Shown piece by piece: positions 41,421-51,999 of a DNA stretch of 64,000 bases. Both the position numbers and the translations under genes were made by a program. The stretch covers positions 3,038 through 67,037 of the forward strand of contig CAVOOG010000002.1 of the NCBI GenBank assembly GCA_963697475.1, written 5' to 3'. Each line of letters opens with the position of its first letter. Within the stretch, counting starts at the first letter, position 1. The stretch is from an uncultured Actinomycetota bacterium. GTDB taxonomy: Bacteria; Actinomycetota; Actinomycetes; Mycobacteriales; Mycobacteriaceae. The notes under the pieces were generated by a model. The model searched no databases. It was not told the DNA's origin and worked only from the letters and a program-made list of their open reading frames with translations.

Positions 41421-43101
41421 CCTGGATTTTGCATGAAACTTGGTGTGACACGGGCTTGAAATAGCGAAAGTGCCTGTCCTGCAAGGAATAATGGGACTTC
41501 TCTACGGTTCCATTAGGCAGCGGGAAGGCACTTCGCAGGTGAAGAGTAGCGCAGTACGTCCACGGGTGAAAGTGTCCGCCGATGGAGCGGGTGTCGTGTC
41601 GCACGCCGGGACCGCGTTGCTGCGTGAGGTCGCCGACCTGACCGGCCTGACGTCGCAGGTCACTTCGGCGTTGGCCGATACCTACGGTGGCCCGTGGATT
41701 CATGCCCCGGGTGCGGTGTTCGCCGACCTGGCTGCCGCGGTTGCGGGCGGGGCGGACTGCATCGACGGGGTCGGACAGGGCTGCGGTGATCGGGAGCATG
41801 CCTTCGGTGCGGCCGCCTCGACGACCACGATGTGGCGGCTGGTCGACGGCAAGATCGATGCCGCCCATCTGCCCGGGATCCGGGCGGCCCGCGCCCATGC
41901 CCGGCAGAAGGCGTGGGCGGCCGGTGCCGCCCCGGCACGGGGGCAGTGGCTGCACGTCGACATCGATGCCACCATCACCATCGACCATTCCGACCGCAAG
42001 CAACTGGCCGCGCCGACGTGGAAGAAGACCTTCGGTCATCACGGTTTGTTCGCGTTTCTGGATCGACCCACGATCGCCGGCGGGGAGGGGTTGGCTGGGC
42101 TGCTGCGCCGCGGAAACGCGGGCTCCAACACCGCCGCTGACCATGTCAGCGTGCTGGATTCGGCGTTGGAGTCGCTACCGCCAGATTGGCGACCTACCCC
42201 CGAGGATCCGGGCGGGCCCAAGATCCTGGTGCGCTGCGATGCCGCTGGGGCCACCCACACCTTCGCCCAGCACTGTCGCACCACCGGGGTGGGGTTCTCC
42301 TTCGGCTACGCCGTGGACGTCCGGGTCCGCGACGCGGCCGAGATCCTCAACGAGGGCCGATGCTGGTATCCAGCGATCGAGGCCGATGACGGCCTGCGCG
42401 AGGGCGCCTGGGTCGCCGAGGCCACCGATCTGGTCGACATGAGCCCCTGGCCGGCCGGGACCCGGTTGATCCTGCGCAAGGAACGCCCCCACCCCGGCGC
42501 GCAACTGAACTTCACCGACTCCGACGGCCACCGAGTCACCGCGTTCATCACCGACACGCCACCCGGTGTCATCGCCGGTCAGCTCGGCGGACTCGAACTG
42601 CGTCACCGCCAACACGCCCGGGTGGAGGACCGCATCCGTGAGGCCAAGGCCACCGGGCTGCGCAACCTGCCCTGTCACCGCGCCGACGCGAACGCCGCGT
42701 GGCTGGAAATCGTCCTGGCCGCAACCGATCTGGTCGCCTGGGCGCAGCTGATCGGGTTCACCGAGCATCCCGAGCTGGCCCGCTGCGAGATCGACACGTT
42801 CCGCTACCGGGTCCTGCACGTCGCCGCCCGCATCACCAAGGGTGCCCGCCAAATCCGGTTACGCATCGACGCGACCTGGCGCTGGGCCAAAGCCATCTGC
42901 CAAGGCTGGCAACGACTTCGAGAAGCATTCCCCTAACCGTCCACACCACCGTCGCACCGACCCGAGGAAACCCCACCGGCCCTGGAAAGCCCGCCCCCAG
43001 CGACACGGGCCGACCTGTCATACCCACCAACAACAATCAGGCCTCACAGTCGACCAACGCCGAAATCATCCCGCCCGGCAAGGCCGCACGAAAAATCGAG
43101 G
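41421..43101 (+). mobile_element. IS1380-family insertion sequence (1681 bp)
   Basis: Ends CCTGGATTTT / CCTCGATTTT; 4-bp target duplication TTTA at 41417-41420 and 43102-43105. Confidence 0.88.
41539..42936 (+). CDS. IS1380-family transposase
   Basis: VVSHAG, HVDIDAT, RCDAAG, HRQHARVEDRIREAK, FRYRVLHVAARI. Confidence 0.92.
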   Translation: MKSSAVRPRVKVSADGAGVVSHAGTALLREVADLTGLTSQVTSALADTYGGPWIHAPGAVFADLAAAVAGGADCIDGVGQGCGDREHAFGAAASTTTMWRLVDGKIDAAHLPGIRAARAHARQKAWAAGAAPARGQWLHVDIDATITIDHSDRKQLAAPTWKKTFGHHGLFAFLDRPTIAGGEGLAGLLRRGNAGSNTAADHVSVLDSALESLPPDWRPTPEDPGGPKILVRCDAAGATHTFAQHCRTTGVGFSFGYAVDVRVRDAAEILNEGRCWYPAIEADDGLREGAWVAEATDLVDMSPWPAGTRLILRKERPHPGAQLNFTDSDGHRVTAFITDTPPGVIAGQLGGLELRHRQHARVEDRIREAKATGLRNLPCHRADANAAWLEIVLAATDLVAWAQLIGFTEHPELARCEIDTFRYRVLHVAARITKGARQIRLRIDATWRWAKAICQGWQRLREAFP

Positions 43102-43105
43102 TTTA

Positions 43106-43330
43106 CTCCCCGCTGCAGTGGCCGCCCCGAAGCCGATGCGGGTGAACGTGCGGGAACCGCGGCTCGAACCTCGCTCGGATCCGATCGGCGGTGCGCTCGA
43201 ACATCGTCGCCCATGCTGTGAACGGGCCACCGCCGGCCTTGACCGCCAGCAAGCACGACCCGCCGTCGGGTGCCACCAGCCGCCGTCGCTCGGCCGGGGT
43301 GAGCGACTCCCACGACAGCACGTCTCAGCG
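43106..43330 (-). pseudogene. Tyrosine recombinase fragment
   Basis: ...FERTADRIRARFEPRFPHVHPHRLR. Confidence 0.6.
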
Positions 43331-43394
43331 CAAGTCAAACACCCAAGGAAATCCGGCGTGTCGGAGTCAGCAACAAGTCACTATTAGCCGGTTA

Positions 43395-43860
43395 AGAGGG
43401 GTTTTCCGGGTTTGCTGTGCACCAGCGCGATGTCGAGCACCGCCGCCGACCAGGCGAGCTGTTTGGAGGCGTACGCGCTGCCATTGTCGGCGTACAGCCG
43501 CCGCGGGCAGCCGTGGTTTTTGACCGCGTCGTGCAACGCGGCCTGCAGGCCCAGGTGTCCTCGCCGTGGCCCCACCAATGCCCGACCACGTAGCGGGAAC
43601 AGTCGTCGAGCAGCGCGAACAGCACCGCCCGCTTGCCCTCGACGATCGGGCCGTGCAACCCGTCGCTGACGCACAGCTCGTCGGGTTCGTCGGCTTGAAA
43701 CCGGCCGAACGCGGTCACCGGCTGCCCGGACGGGCCCAGATGCACCTGGGCGGCCAGCTCACGCACCAGACGGCTGCGCTCGACCGGCGACAGGCCCGGA
43801 TCGGCCAGCGGCCGGATCAACGAATACCGGTACAGCGCGGCGTGAGCCTGCGCAGCGCGG
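43395..43860 (-). pseudogene. DDE (Mu/IS481-like) transposase remnant
   Basis: LYRYSLIRPLADP; SDGLHGP...LLDDCSRYVV; PRRLYADNGSAY...HSKPGKP across frameshifts. Confidence 0.75.
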
Positions 43861-44089
43861 CGCCGAACTCCTCCATGCTCAGGAAAGAACCTTGCAAGCA
43901 GTGCCTTTGACACCGTCGGTGTATTCGGGGATGAATGGCTCGCTGTCGTCGAAGGGACTAATGACCCTAGCTTGGAAGGGACTAATGACCCTAGCTTGAT
44001 TGTGCAGGTAGTCGCCATGGTTGGGGCGTGGCGACCATGCCCGGTCGCTCACCACAAGAGGAAAACAGACACAAGAGGAAAACAGATAT

Positions 44090-44520
44090 GGCCCACGGCG
44101 GATCCCCGGTGGTTACGGCTTCTCCGGGCGTTCCTTCGGCGGGCAGCGTTTGGCACGCTGGCGCTGTTGCTGGACGGCCCGGCTGATGCCGCGCAGATCG
44201 TGCAACGCACCTCCGAGGCGACCGATGGTGCCTTCACCCCGCCGCACGAAATCGCCGAGTCTCGCCATCGGCGTGCTCGCGGGCCGTGGCTTGGTGAGCG
44301 TCGTGGCCATCCTGACCGAGCTCGGCAAAAACCGGCTGCGCGGCGGGCCACTAGCAGCCGAGACCACCCATGCGTTTCTGGCCAGGACTGGCGCGAAAGA
44401 TCGCCGGGTCTGGCTGATGAGCAGAAAGCAAAGCTCGCCGAGACCAGCGCCAAGGTGTTAACCGCGATCGAGGAGGCCAACAAGTCGCTGCACCGCGTGC
44501 TCGCACAGTTAAGCTGCGCC
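44090..44520 (+). pseudogene. Frameshifted PadR-like regulator remnant
   Basis: LLLDGPADAAQIVQRTSEATDGAFTPP and LAIGVLAGRGLVSV..LTELGK in different frames. Confidence 0.4.
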
Positions 44521-44743
44521 GCGCCAGGCTACGGGGCCGCCCCTTTGGCCTTAAGGGTCGCGACCGCGATCGCTCACGCGACGGACCTACGGCCCGCGTT
44601 TGACCCCGGAGCGTCTGCGGCCCCTGATCAAGCAGCGGCACGGGCAGCCCGCACGGCGCTGCCCGCCAAGCGCGCGGCGCTCAAACAAGAGACCACTACA
44701 AACCAGTCCCTACGGTTTCAGGGGATTGCCAAGGGAGTTGCTG

Positions 44744-46216
44744 GTGTTCGTCGTGATGGTTGCGTCGGAGTGTGCGTTGGTGGCGCAGGTTGGTGGGCTT
44801 GGGGATGTGGTCTCGGGCTTGAGTCGCGAGCTCGAGCTGCGTGGCAACGATGTGGAGATCATCCTGCCGAGGTACGACTGCATGCGCTACGACCACGTCC
44901 ACGGGTTTTCGCCGGCGTATGAGGACCTGTGGGTGCCCTGGTACAGCGGAGCGGTTCACTGTACCGTCTGGTTCGGCTTCGTCGAGGGGCGCAAGTGCTT
45001 CTTCATCGAGCCGCATTCCGCCGACCGCTTCTTCGAGCGCGGCCATTTGTACGGCTCGGCGGACGATGTCGAGCGGTTCGCGTTCTTCAGCAGGGCGGCG
45101 CTCGAGTTCATACTCAAGTCAGGCAAGCGGCCGCAGGTGATCCATTGCCACGACTGGCAGACGGCGCTGGTGCCCGTGCTGTTGTTCGAGATCTACCAGC
45201 ACATCGGGCTGGGAGACCAGCGTGTCTGCTACACCGTCCACAACTTCAGCCACCAGGGGGTGTGCGGCGAGCGGGTGCTCTGGGCGAGCGGGCTGTGCAG
45301 TCCCGAGCGCTTCTACGACTACAACCGGCTGCGCGACAACTTCAACCCCAGCGCCATCAACCTGATGAAGGGCGGGATCGTCTACTCGAACTTCGTCACG
45401 ACGGTCTCGCCCCAGCATGCCTGGGAGGCGCGACACACCGATCAGGGCATGGGCCTTGGGCATACGCTCCACGTCCACCAGGGCAAGTTCGACGGGATCC
45501 TCAACGGCGTGGACTACGAGGTCTGGAACCCCGAGACCGACGATGTGATCCCGAGCCGCTACGGTCCCGACTGGCTCGACGACAAGTACGCCAACAAGCA
45601 GGCGCTGCGCGACCGCTTCTGGCTGCGGCAGGACTACAAGCCCGTCGTCGCCTACATCGGCCGACTGGACCGCCAGAAGGGCGTGCACCTGATCCATCAC
45701 TCGATCTTTTATGCGCTCGCCCAGGGCGCCCAGTTCGTGCTGATCGGCTTGAGCCCCGATCCCGCGATCGCCGCCCACTTCTGGCACCTCAAGCAGCATC
45801 TGAACGACAACCAGGACTGCCATCTGGAGCTCAGCTTCAGCGCCGAACTCGCCCATCTGATCTATGCCGGCGCCGACATGCTCGTGATGCCGAGCATGTT
45901 CGAGCCGTGCGGGCTGGCGCAGATGGTCGCGCTCAAGTATGGGACGGTGCCGATCGTGCGCACGATCGGGGGGCTGGTCGACACGGTGTTCGACCGCGAC
46001 TACTCCTCGCACCCCCCCGAGCAGCGCAACGGCTACGTCTTCCACGAGCCCGACAATCCGGCGCTGGAGTCGGCGATGGCGCGCGCGATCGGGCTCTGGT
46101 ATGCCTATCCGCAGGAGTTCCGGTACCTACAGCTCAACGGGATGCGTGCGGACCACTCCTGGACCTGGCCAGCCCAGCACTACCTCGACATCTACGAGCA
46201 CATAAGGCACAAGTGA
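44744..46216 (+). CDS. glgA: Glycogen/starch synthase (GT5)
   Basis: ASEC..xxGGLGDVV, IHCHDWQT, TVHNFSHQG, GILNGVD, RLDRQKG, PSMFEPCGLAQM. Confidence 0.9.
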   Translation: MFVVMVASECALVAQVGGLGDVVSGLSRELELRGNDVEIILPRYDCMRYDHVHGFSPAYEDLWVPWYSGAVHCTVWFGFVEGRKCFFIEPHSADRFFERGHLYGSADDVERFAFFSRAALEFILKSGKRPQVIHCHDWQTALVPVLLFEIYQHIGLGDQRVCYTVHNFSHQGVCGERVLWASGLCSPERFYDYNRLRDNFNPSAINLMKGGIVYSNFVTTVSPQHAWEARHTDQGMGLGHTLHVHQGKFDGILNGVDYEVWNPETDDVIPSRYGPDWLDDKYANKQALRDRFWLRQDYKPVVAYIGRLDRQKGVHLIHHSIFYALAQGAQFVLIGLSPDPAIAAHFWHLKQHLNDNQDCHLELSFSAELAHLIYAGADMLVMPSMFEPCGLAQMVALKYGTVPIVRTIGGLVDTVFDRDYSSHPPEQRNGYVFHEPDNPALESAMARAIGLWYAYPQEFRYLQLNGMRADHSWTWPAQHYLDIYEHIRHK

Positions 46217-46250
46217 GCGACGCGGTGGAGATTCGAAAGATGACAGAAAG

Positions 46251-47726
46251 ATGACAGTGAGCCCGGGCGAGCTCCCCGAGCGTGTGGACGGGCTGCCGAA
46301 CATCTGCGGCTCCGAGCCGCTGATCGCCGAGACCGTGCGGGCGGCCCGTGAGCGGCCGGTCTTCTTCGGCGACCAGGTGGCGGACCCGCTGGCCGGGATC
46401 GATGCGGCGTTCGCGATCGCGCTGCACATGCACCAGCCGCTGATCCCGGCCGGGGGGGACGACGTCCGCAGCGCTCGGCTGATCAGCAACCTGCAGTACA
46501 TGTACGAGCACCCCGACCTCGATGACAACCACAACGCTTCGGTGTTCCGCTGGTGCTACAAGCGCATGGGCGAGTTCATTCCCCAGCTCCTCGAGGAGGG
46601 CCTCCAGCCGCGGGTGATGCTCGAGTACTCGGGCACGCTCCTGCACGGACTGCGGCAGATGGGCGCGGACGATGTGTTCGAGGCCCTGCGCACGATCACC
46701 GTCGACCCGCGCTACCGCTCGGCCGTGGAGTGGCTCGGCTGCCCATGGGGCCATCCCGTCGCCCCGTCCACGCCCGTGCAGGACTACCGGCTCCACGTGC
46801 AGGCCTGGCAGCATCAATTCGCCGCCCTGTTCGGGCTGGAGGCGCTCGGCCGGGTGCGTGGCTTCTCGCCGTCGGAGATGGCGCTGCCCAACCACCCCGA
46901 CGTCGCCTACGAGTTCGTTCGCACGCTGAACGACTGCGGCTACCAGTGGGTGCTCGTGCAGGAGCACTCGGTGGAGGAGCCGGACGGCTCGGGCCCGCGA
47001 CACAGGTACCTGCCGAACCGCCTGACGTGCACGAGTTCACGGGGCGAGAGCGCGAGCATCATCGCCGTGATCAAGACCCAGGGCAGCGATACCAAGCTGA
47101 TCGGGCAGATGCAGCCGTACTACGAGGCGCGTGGCATGGGTCGCTGCACGCTCGCGGGCCGGTCAGTGCCGCCGCTTGTCACCCAGATCGCCGACGGCGA
47201 GAACGGCGGCGTGATGATGAACGAGTTCCCGCCCAAGTACTTCGAGGTCATCCGCGAGTGCTCGAGCTCCGGGACACCGATCCTCAACGTCACCGAGTAC
47301 CTCGAGCGTCTGTTCGCCAGTGGTCTCCGAGAGGAGGAGCTGCCCACGGTACAGCCGCTCCTGCAGCACCGCGTCTGGGAGCGGATGACGCCGGGTGACG
47401 GGCCGGATCGCCTCGCCGGGGTGATCGACGAGCTCGGCCGCGAGGACGACCGCCTCCACATGGAGGGGGGCAGCTGGACGAACAACGTCTCCTGGGTGCG
47501 CGGCTACGAAGAGCTCCTCATCCCTATGGAACGCGCGAGCGCGCAGTTCCACGACCGGGTGCTCGCACGCGGCGTGCCGTCTTCGGATCCGGGCTACCGC
47601 AACGCGCTGTTCCACCTCCTCACGAGTGAGACGAGCTGCTATCGATACTGGGGTCAGGGGAGGTGGACCGACTACGGCGCCGAGCTCGCCCGGCGGACCA
47701 GCGACATCATCGCATCTGACTTTTAA
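46251..47726 (+). CDS. Glycoside hydrolase family 57-like protein
   Basis: ALHMHQP, HPVAP, FSPSEM, QIADGENGG, ETSCYRYWG. Confidence 0.8.
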   Translation: MTVSPGELPERVDGLPNICGSEPLIAETVRAARERPVFFGDQVADPLAGIDAAFAIALHMHQPLIPAGGDDVRSARLISNLQYMYEHPDLDDNHNASVFRWCYKRMGEFIPQLLEEGLQPRVMLEYSGTLLHGLRQMGADDVFEALRTITVDPRYRSAVEWLGCPWGHPVAPSTPVQDYRLHVQAWQHQFAALFGLEALGRVRGFSPSEMALPNHPDVAYEFVRTLNDCGYQWVLVQEHSVEEPDGSGPRHRYLPNRLTCTSSRGESASIIAVIKTQGSDTKLIGQMQPYYEARGMGRCTLAGRSVPPLVTQIADGENGGVMMNEFPPKYFEVIRECSSSGTPILNVTEYLERLFASGLREEELPTVQPLLQHRVWERMTPGDGPDRLAGVIDELGREDDRLHMEGGSWTNNVSWVRGYEELLIPMERASAQFHDRVLARGVPSSDPGYRNALFHLLTSETSCYRYWGQGRWTDYGAELARRTSDIIASDF

Positions 47727-47765
47727 TGGCGCCTCCTCCTCCTCCTACTCCTTGGAGATAAGCCG

Positions 47766-48953
47766 ATGCCGGAGATCGATTTCGCCCTGGTGCTCAACCT
47801 GCACCAGCCGCCGGGCAACCTCGAGCATCTGCTCGACACCGACGAGTGGCAGGCCAGGGAGATCCTGTGGGCGCTCGACCGTATCCCGCGCTCGCTGTGG
47901 GAGTACGAGGACGTCGGGCGCGTGCACGTGGCGCTGTCCGGAACGCTGCTCGAGACTCTTGCCGACCCCTGCTTCCAACGGCGGGTGTACGGCATCGTCG
48001 ACTGCGGCTCGCTGCTCTGGTACCTCCAGAACGAGAAGATCATCGAGATCCTCGGCACCGCCTACTACCACCCGGTGCTGCCGCTCGTCCCGCAAAGCGA
48101 TTGGGACGAGCAGCTGGAGCGCTGGCAGGGCCTCGGCGCGCACCTGTTCGGCAGGGACCGGTTCGACGGATGCTGGCCGCCCGAGCTCGGCTTCTGCATG
48201 GAGCTCATTCCGGCGCTCCGCCGCGGCGGCTACCGCTACGTGATCGTGGACAGCGAGCACGTCGAGCCGATCACCCCGATGGGCTGGGACGAGCTCCGCT
48301 ACCGGCCGCACCTGGCCCAGTTCGGCAGCGAGCAGATCGTCGTCGTGGTGAGGGACCGCGAGCTGTCGAACGCCCAGGAGTCGGGCATGGAGGCAGGCTG
48401 GTTCGTCTCGGAGGTGCGGTCGCGCACCCGGCAGTGCGGGTTCCCGGCGCTCGTCACGACCGCGACCGACGGTGAGAATGGCGGGTGGTTTCGCAACACG
48501 ACGGCTGGGAGCAACTTCTGGAGCGCATTTCACCGCGACCTGATGGAGAAGGTGCGCCACGGCGAGGCCGAGGGTATCCGCCCGGTGTTCATCGGCGACT
48601 ACCTGGACCGCCACGGCGCGCACGGCTGGGTCACGGTCCGGCCCGGTGCCTGGAACACCGGCTCCCATGATGGCACCGGCTTCGTCCAGTGGACCGGCTC
48701 CACGGCCCAGCAGCAGGCCCTCACCCGGGTCGCGGAGCTAAGCCAGGCCGTCCACACGGCCCGGCGGAACGCCTTCGGGATCGGCGCGAGCAATCCCGAT
48801 CTCTACCGCCACCTCGAGCAGGCTCACTGGCGCGTCCTGCGCGCCCAGACCAGCTGCAACTTCTTCTGGGGCGACACCTGGGTGCAACGCTGCCACGACG
48901 ACCTCGACCGTGCGGCCGAGCACCTGGAGGCCGCGGGACGGCTGTTCCGTTAG
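47766..48953 (+). CDS. Glycoside hydrolase family 57 protein
   Basis: LNLHQP, TAYYHP, WPPELGF, ATDGENG, QTSCNFFWG. Confidence 0.85.
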   Translation: MPEIDFALVLNLHQPPGNLEHLLDTDEWQAREILWALDRIPRSLWEYEDVGRVHVALSGTLLETLADPCFQRRVYGIVDCGSLLWYLQNEKIIEILGTAYYHPVLPLVPQSDWDEQLERWQGLGAHLFGRDRFDGCWPPELGFCMELIPALRRGGYRYVIVDSEHVEPITPMGWDELRYRPHLAQFGSEQIVVVVRDRELSNAQESGMEAGWFVSEVRSRTRQCGFPALVTTATDGENGGWFRNTTAGSNFWSAFHRDLMEKVRHGEAEGIRPVFIGDYLDRHGAHGWVTVRPGAWNTGSHDGTGFVQWTGSTAQQQALTRVAELSQAVHTARRNAFGIGASNPDLYRHLEQAHWRVLRAQTSCNFFWGDTWVQRCHDDLDRAAEHLEAAGRLFR

Positions 48954-48959
48954 CTGTTA

Positions 48960-49370
48960 GTTAGCTACTAAAGTGTGTCGAACAACTCTGGTGAGTGTTC
49001 GGCACCGCCCTTCTCGGGCGTCGTCGGTTCAGGCCGCGGGTGCGGAGTGAACGTCGGTTCCCGCTTCAACCAGGCAGGTTTCACCGGCACGCGAAGGGTG
49101 CCGGTCAGAGCCGTCCTGTCGGCGGGCGTTGGTGGCCCGGCCTCCTGCTTGGGGGTCCGGGGATTGATGGGAGTTGTGATGGGTTTGGCCCCACCGGGAC
49201 AGATTTCCGCGGCGTTGGTGTCACGGTCCAAGCAATGACCGCCTGTGCAGGTGAACACTCGGTCAGCCAGGCTCAGGTCGGTGCTGATCCGACGTGTCCG
49301 ACACCGCGTGGGCGCGCATAGCCGGCTTCCTGGGGCGTGGGATAGCCCCGCTCGGTGGGTCCGGGCGGGG
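48960..49370 (-). pseudogene. tnpB: 3' remnant of TnpB (IS200/IS605 or IS607 family) with right-end region
   Basis: Manual translation DLSLADRVFTC..GHCLDRDTNAA (Zn-ribbon/RuvC-III motif) followed by ~200 nt ending TPEKGGAEHSPELFDTL*. Confidence 0.7.
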
Positions 49371-49454
49371 CTGGGGTGGTCATGCTGTCGCGGCGGTGGT
49401 CATGCTGTCGCAGCAGGATCTTTGTTTCCACTACGTTCCTGCGTGCACTGGAGA

Positions 49455-50039
49455 CCACGGTGATGTAGTCCTGCCCCTTGCCTGCCGCCTTCTCATCGAC
49501 CCCGACGTGGACCGGTACGTTCAGCGGTTTGGCGGCCAGGCCGCGGGCCACGGCACGGTCCATCAGGTGCCACGCCTGGTCCCAGCTGACCCGCAGCAAC
49601 CTCGCGGCAGACGCTACGTCGCACGCGGCGAGCACGTCGATGGCCAGCCGCTCGAACAACGTCGTGAACCGCGAGTGCGGCTCGGCCCACGGCAACCCAA
49701 CCTGACGCACCCCGTGTTCGGGACAGTCCACCCGCAGCGGACTGGCATGCAGGAACGTCAAAAACGCACACGAGTCCACATGCCGCCACGCCCGCTCAGC
49801 CGAGTGGTCATAGACCGACAGCACGGCATCGCAATCCGGGCAGGCGAACCGGGTCCGGGCCGGATGGGCAACCCATACATCCACTCGCCCGTCGGTTGCT
49901 GACAGCTCGACCCGCCCCACCTTCCACGGAGTCTCCAGTCCCAGCAGATGGCGGTACAGCTCGGTGTCGCGCATACCCCACATCCTGCCGCTGACGCCCG
50001 TCACGCCCACATCGGACCCACGAAAAACCCGGAAGCGCC
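49455..50039 (-). mobile_element. Truncated ISL3-family element (left end plus 5' transposase from 49974)
   Basis: End GGCGCTTCC; CPDC...YDH..R.WRH, CPEHGV, VGVDEKA then breaks off. Confidence 0.85.
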
Positions 50040-50389
50040 TTTTTTCAGGAACGTGATGTCACGATCCTTCTCGGCGAGCTCAGCACGCAACCGCACCAAT
50101 TCGGCACGCTCGGCCGCCGACAGATCCCCATCGGGTGGGACCCCGCGTGCATCGGCGGCAGCCCCGTCCCGAACTCGTTCGGCAGCAACCCATTTGCGGA
50201 ACAGATTCTCGTGCACATTCAACTCTCGGGCAACCTCGGCGACCGAGCGGCCACCATCAATCACCCGCCGAGCAGCCTCCACTTTGAACTCCGGCGTAAA
50301 CGACCGACGAGTCCGAGACATCCCGACATCCTCCCAGCAGGACCCTGCGTCCCGCTATCTCAGGTGTCCACTCAAACTGGGGAAGCTCA
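50040..50389 (-). mobile_element. IS3-family left-end stub with orfA, copy 1
   Basis: TGAGCTTCCCC end at 50389; OrfA MSRTRRSFTPEFKVEAA; broken at the A-run after TTCCTG. Confidence 0.85.
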
Positions 50390-50497
50390 AAAAGCGCGGG
50401 TTCGGAAATCTGATATTCGGTACGTTCACCGGACTACGTCGATGAGGTCACGGCGGCCAGCTTCTCTAAAGCGTAGCACTTGTGCTATCTTTGTCGA

Positions 50498-50746
50498 GTG
50501 GAGACTGTGGGGCTACGCGAATTGCGCCAGAATGCTTCCGACCTCATTCGGCGTGTGGAAGAGGGCGAGGAAATTACGATCACCGTGGCAGGTAGGCCAG
50601 GTGCTCGGCTGGTGCCCGCCACACCGCGGGTGTGGCGGCGGTGGACCGACGTCGCCGAGCTGTTCGCCGGGCCCGCTGACCCCTCCTGGGATCTCGACCG
50701 TGGCGAGATAGCTCATGGCGTGCGCGATCCGTGGACGGCCCGGTGA
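50498..50746 (+). CDS. vapB: Phd/YefM-type antitoxin (VapB)
   Basis: VGLRELRQNASDLIRRVEEGEEITITVAGRP; TAGCAC-TT-GTGCTA inverted repeat at 50474-50487. Confidence 0.88.
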   Translation: METVGLRELRQNASDLIRRVEEGEEITITVAGRPGARLVPATPRVWRRWTDVAELFAGPADPSWDLDRGEIAHGVRDPWTAR

Positions 50747-51123
50747 GGGCGATCCTTGACACCAGCGCGGTGATCGCAGCGGATGTCGGCCCCCTCGATG
50801 GTGATCTCGCGATCAGCAGCGTGACGTTGGCCGAGCTGCATTTCGGCGTACTCGTGGCCAAGGAACGCGCTGTACGTGCAGAGCGGCTACGGCGACTTCT
50901 GGTGCTCCAACGCGCCTTTGACGCGCTACCGGTTGATGAGGCCGTAGCCGCTAGCTACGGCCAGATTGCTGCTGCGGTCGTGGATGTGGAACGTCAGCCA
51001 CGAGCACGCTCAATGGACCTGCTCATCGCAGCGACCGCTCACGCGCACTCGGCGAGGCTTTACACACGAAACGTCAGTGACTTCCACGGCCTTCACGACT
51101 TCGTCGACGTCGTCGCGGTGTAG
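50743..51123 (+). CDS. vapC: VapC PIN-domain toxin
   Basis: ILDTSAVI, SVTLAEL, DLLIAATA, LYTRNVSDF. Confidence 0.92.
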   Translation: MRAILDTSAVIAADVGPLDGDLAISSVTLAELHFGVLVAKERAVRAERLRRLLVLQRAFDALPVDEAVAASYGQIAAAVVDVERQPRARSMDLLIAATAHAHSARLYTRNVSDFHGLHDFVDVVAV

Positions 51124-51325
51124 TCCGTCTCAAGGTGCCTTTCCAGGAACCCTGATCCTGGACAGTGAGTCAGACATCGGACGAGATCCGATGTCCTGCA
51201 ATGTAATCGCTCCCTATCAGGGACCTCGTCGAACGATCCGCTGAGGTCCACCTCGACGCGGCAGTCGATGGTATCGGTGAGGGTGCTGCCGTCAACATGA
51301 ACGACCCTTTCGGTGATGATCAACC

Positions 51326-51682
51326 CGTCTCCAGCGCCGCCAGCTCGCCGCCAACAGCATTGGCAGACAAGCTGCTGCGCAACTGCTTTCCATCAGTCCG
51401 CAAAGCGTCACCGACAAGCTCGAATCGCGAAAGCTGGTCGGTATCAAAGTGGGTAGAGAATGGCGGCTCTCCCGCTGGCAATTCAACCCGGACAACGTGA
51501 CCGGCGCCTTACCAGATCTCGACGTCCTGCAGTCGTCGTTTCCCGGTGGACCGGTCAGCCTGTCGCGGTGGGTCATGCACCCCAACATCGAGTTTGATGG
51601 CCGTACCCCGCGTGACGAACTGGTCGCCCACGGCAGCGCATCGGTCATCAAGGTCGCACGAGCGCTGACTGCAGCCGGATGA
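51326..51682 (+). pseudogene. 5'-truncated HTH antitoxin-like gene
   Basis: AAAQLLSISPQSV...LVGIKVGREWRLSRWQF...FDGRTPRDEL; overlaps RES start. Confidence 0.55.
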
Positions 51683-51930
51683 TCAGACGGCTACGGCCAC
51701 CGGCGCGGCCGCTGCCGACCGTAGACAAAGATGCGACCTGGTACTGGGAACCGCCCGATGCCGCGGTGCGATGGGAATGGTGCCGCGTCTATCACCAGGA
51801 CGAATACGCGGCCGACGGTGCGGCCTTTCGCCAATTCGGGCCGCAAGCCCGTTTGGACCACCATCACGCTGCCGATCCGCCGCAGATCGACGCCAGCGGT
51901 CGACGCATCCTCTACGTCGGCGAGGACCTA
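51679..51930 (+). pseudogene. Truncated RES domain toxin
   Basis: WCRVYH...FRQFGPQARLDHH...ILYVGEDL then similarity lost. Confidence 0.65.
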
Positions 51931-51999
51931 CTGCGTACCGTATGTTGGACCGGCAGCACACAGCGCGCTTCCCGAGCAGGGCGCTGCGAATGCCGAGTT

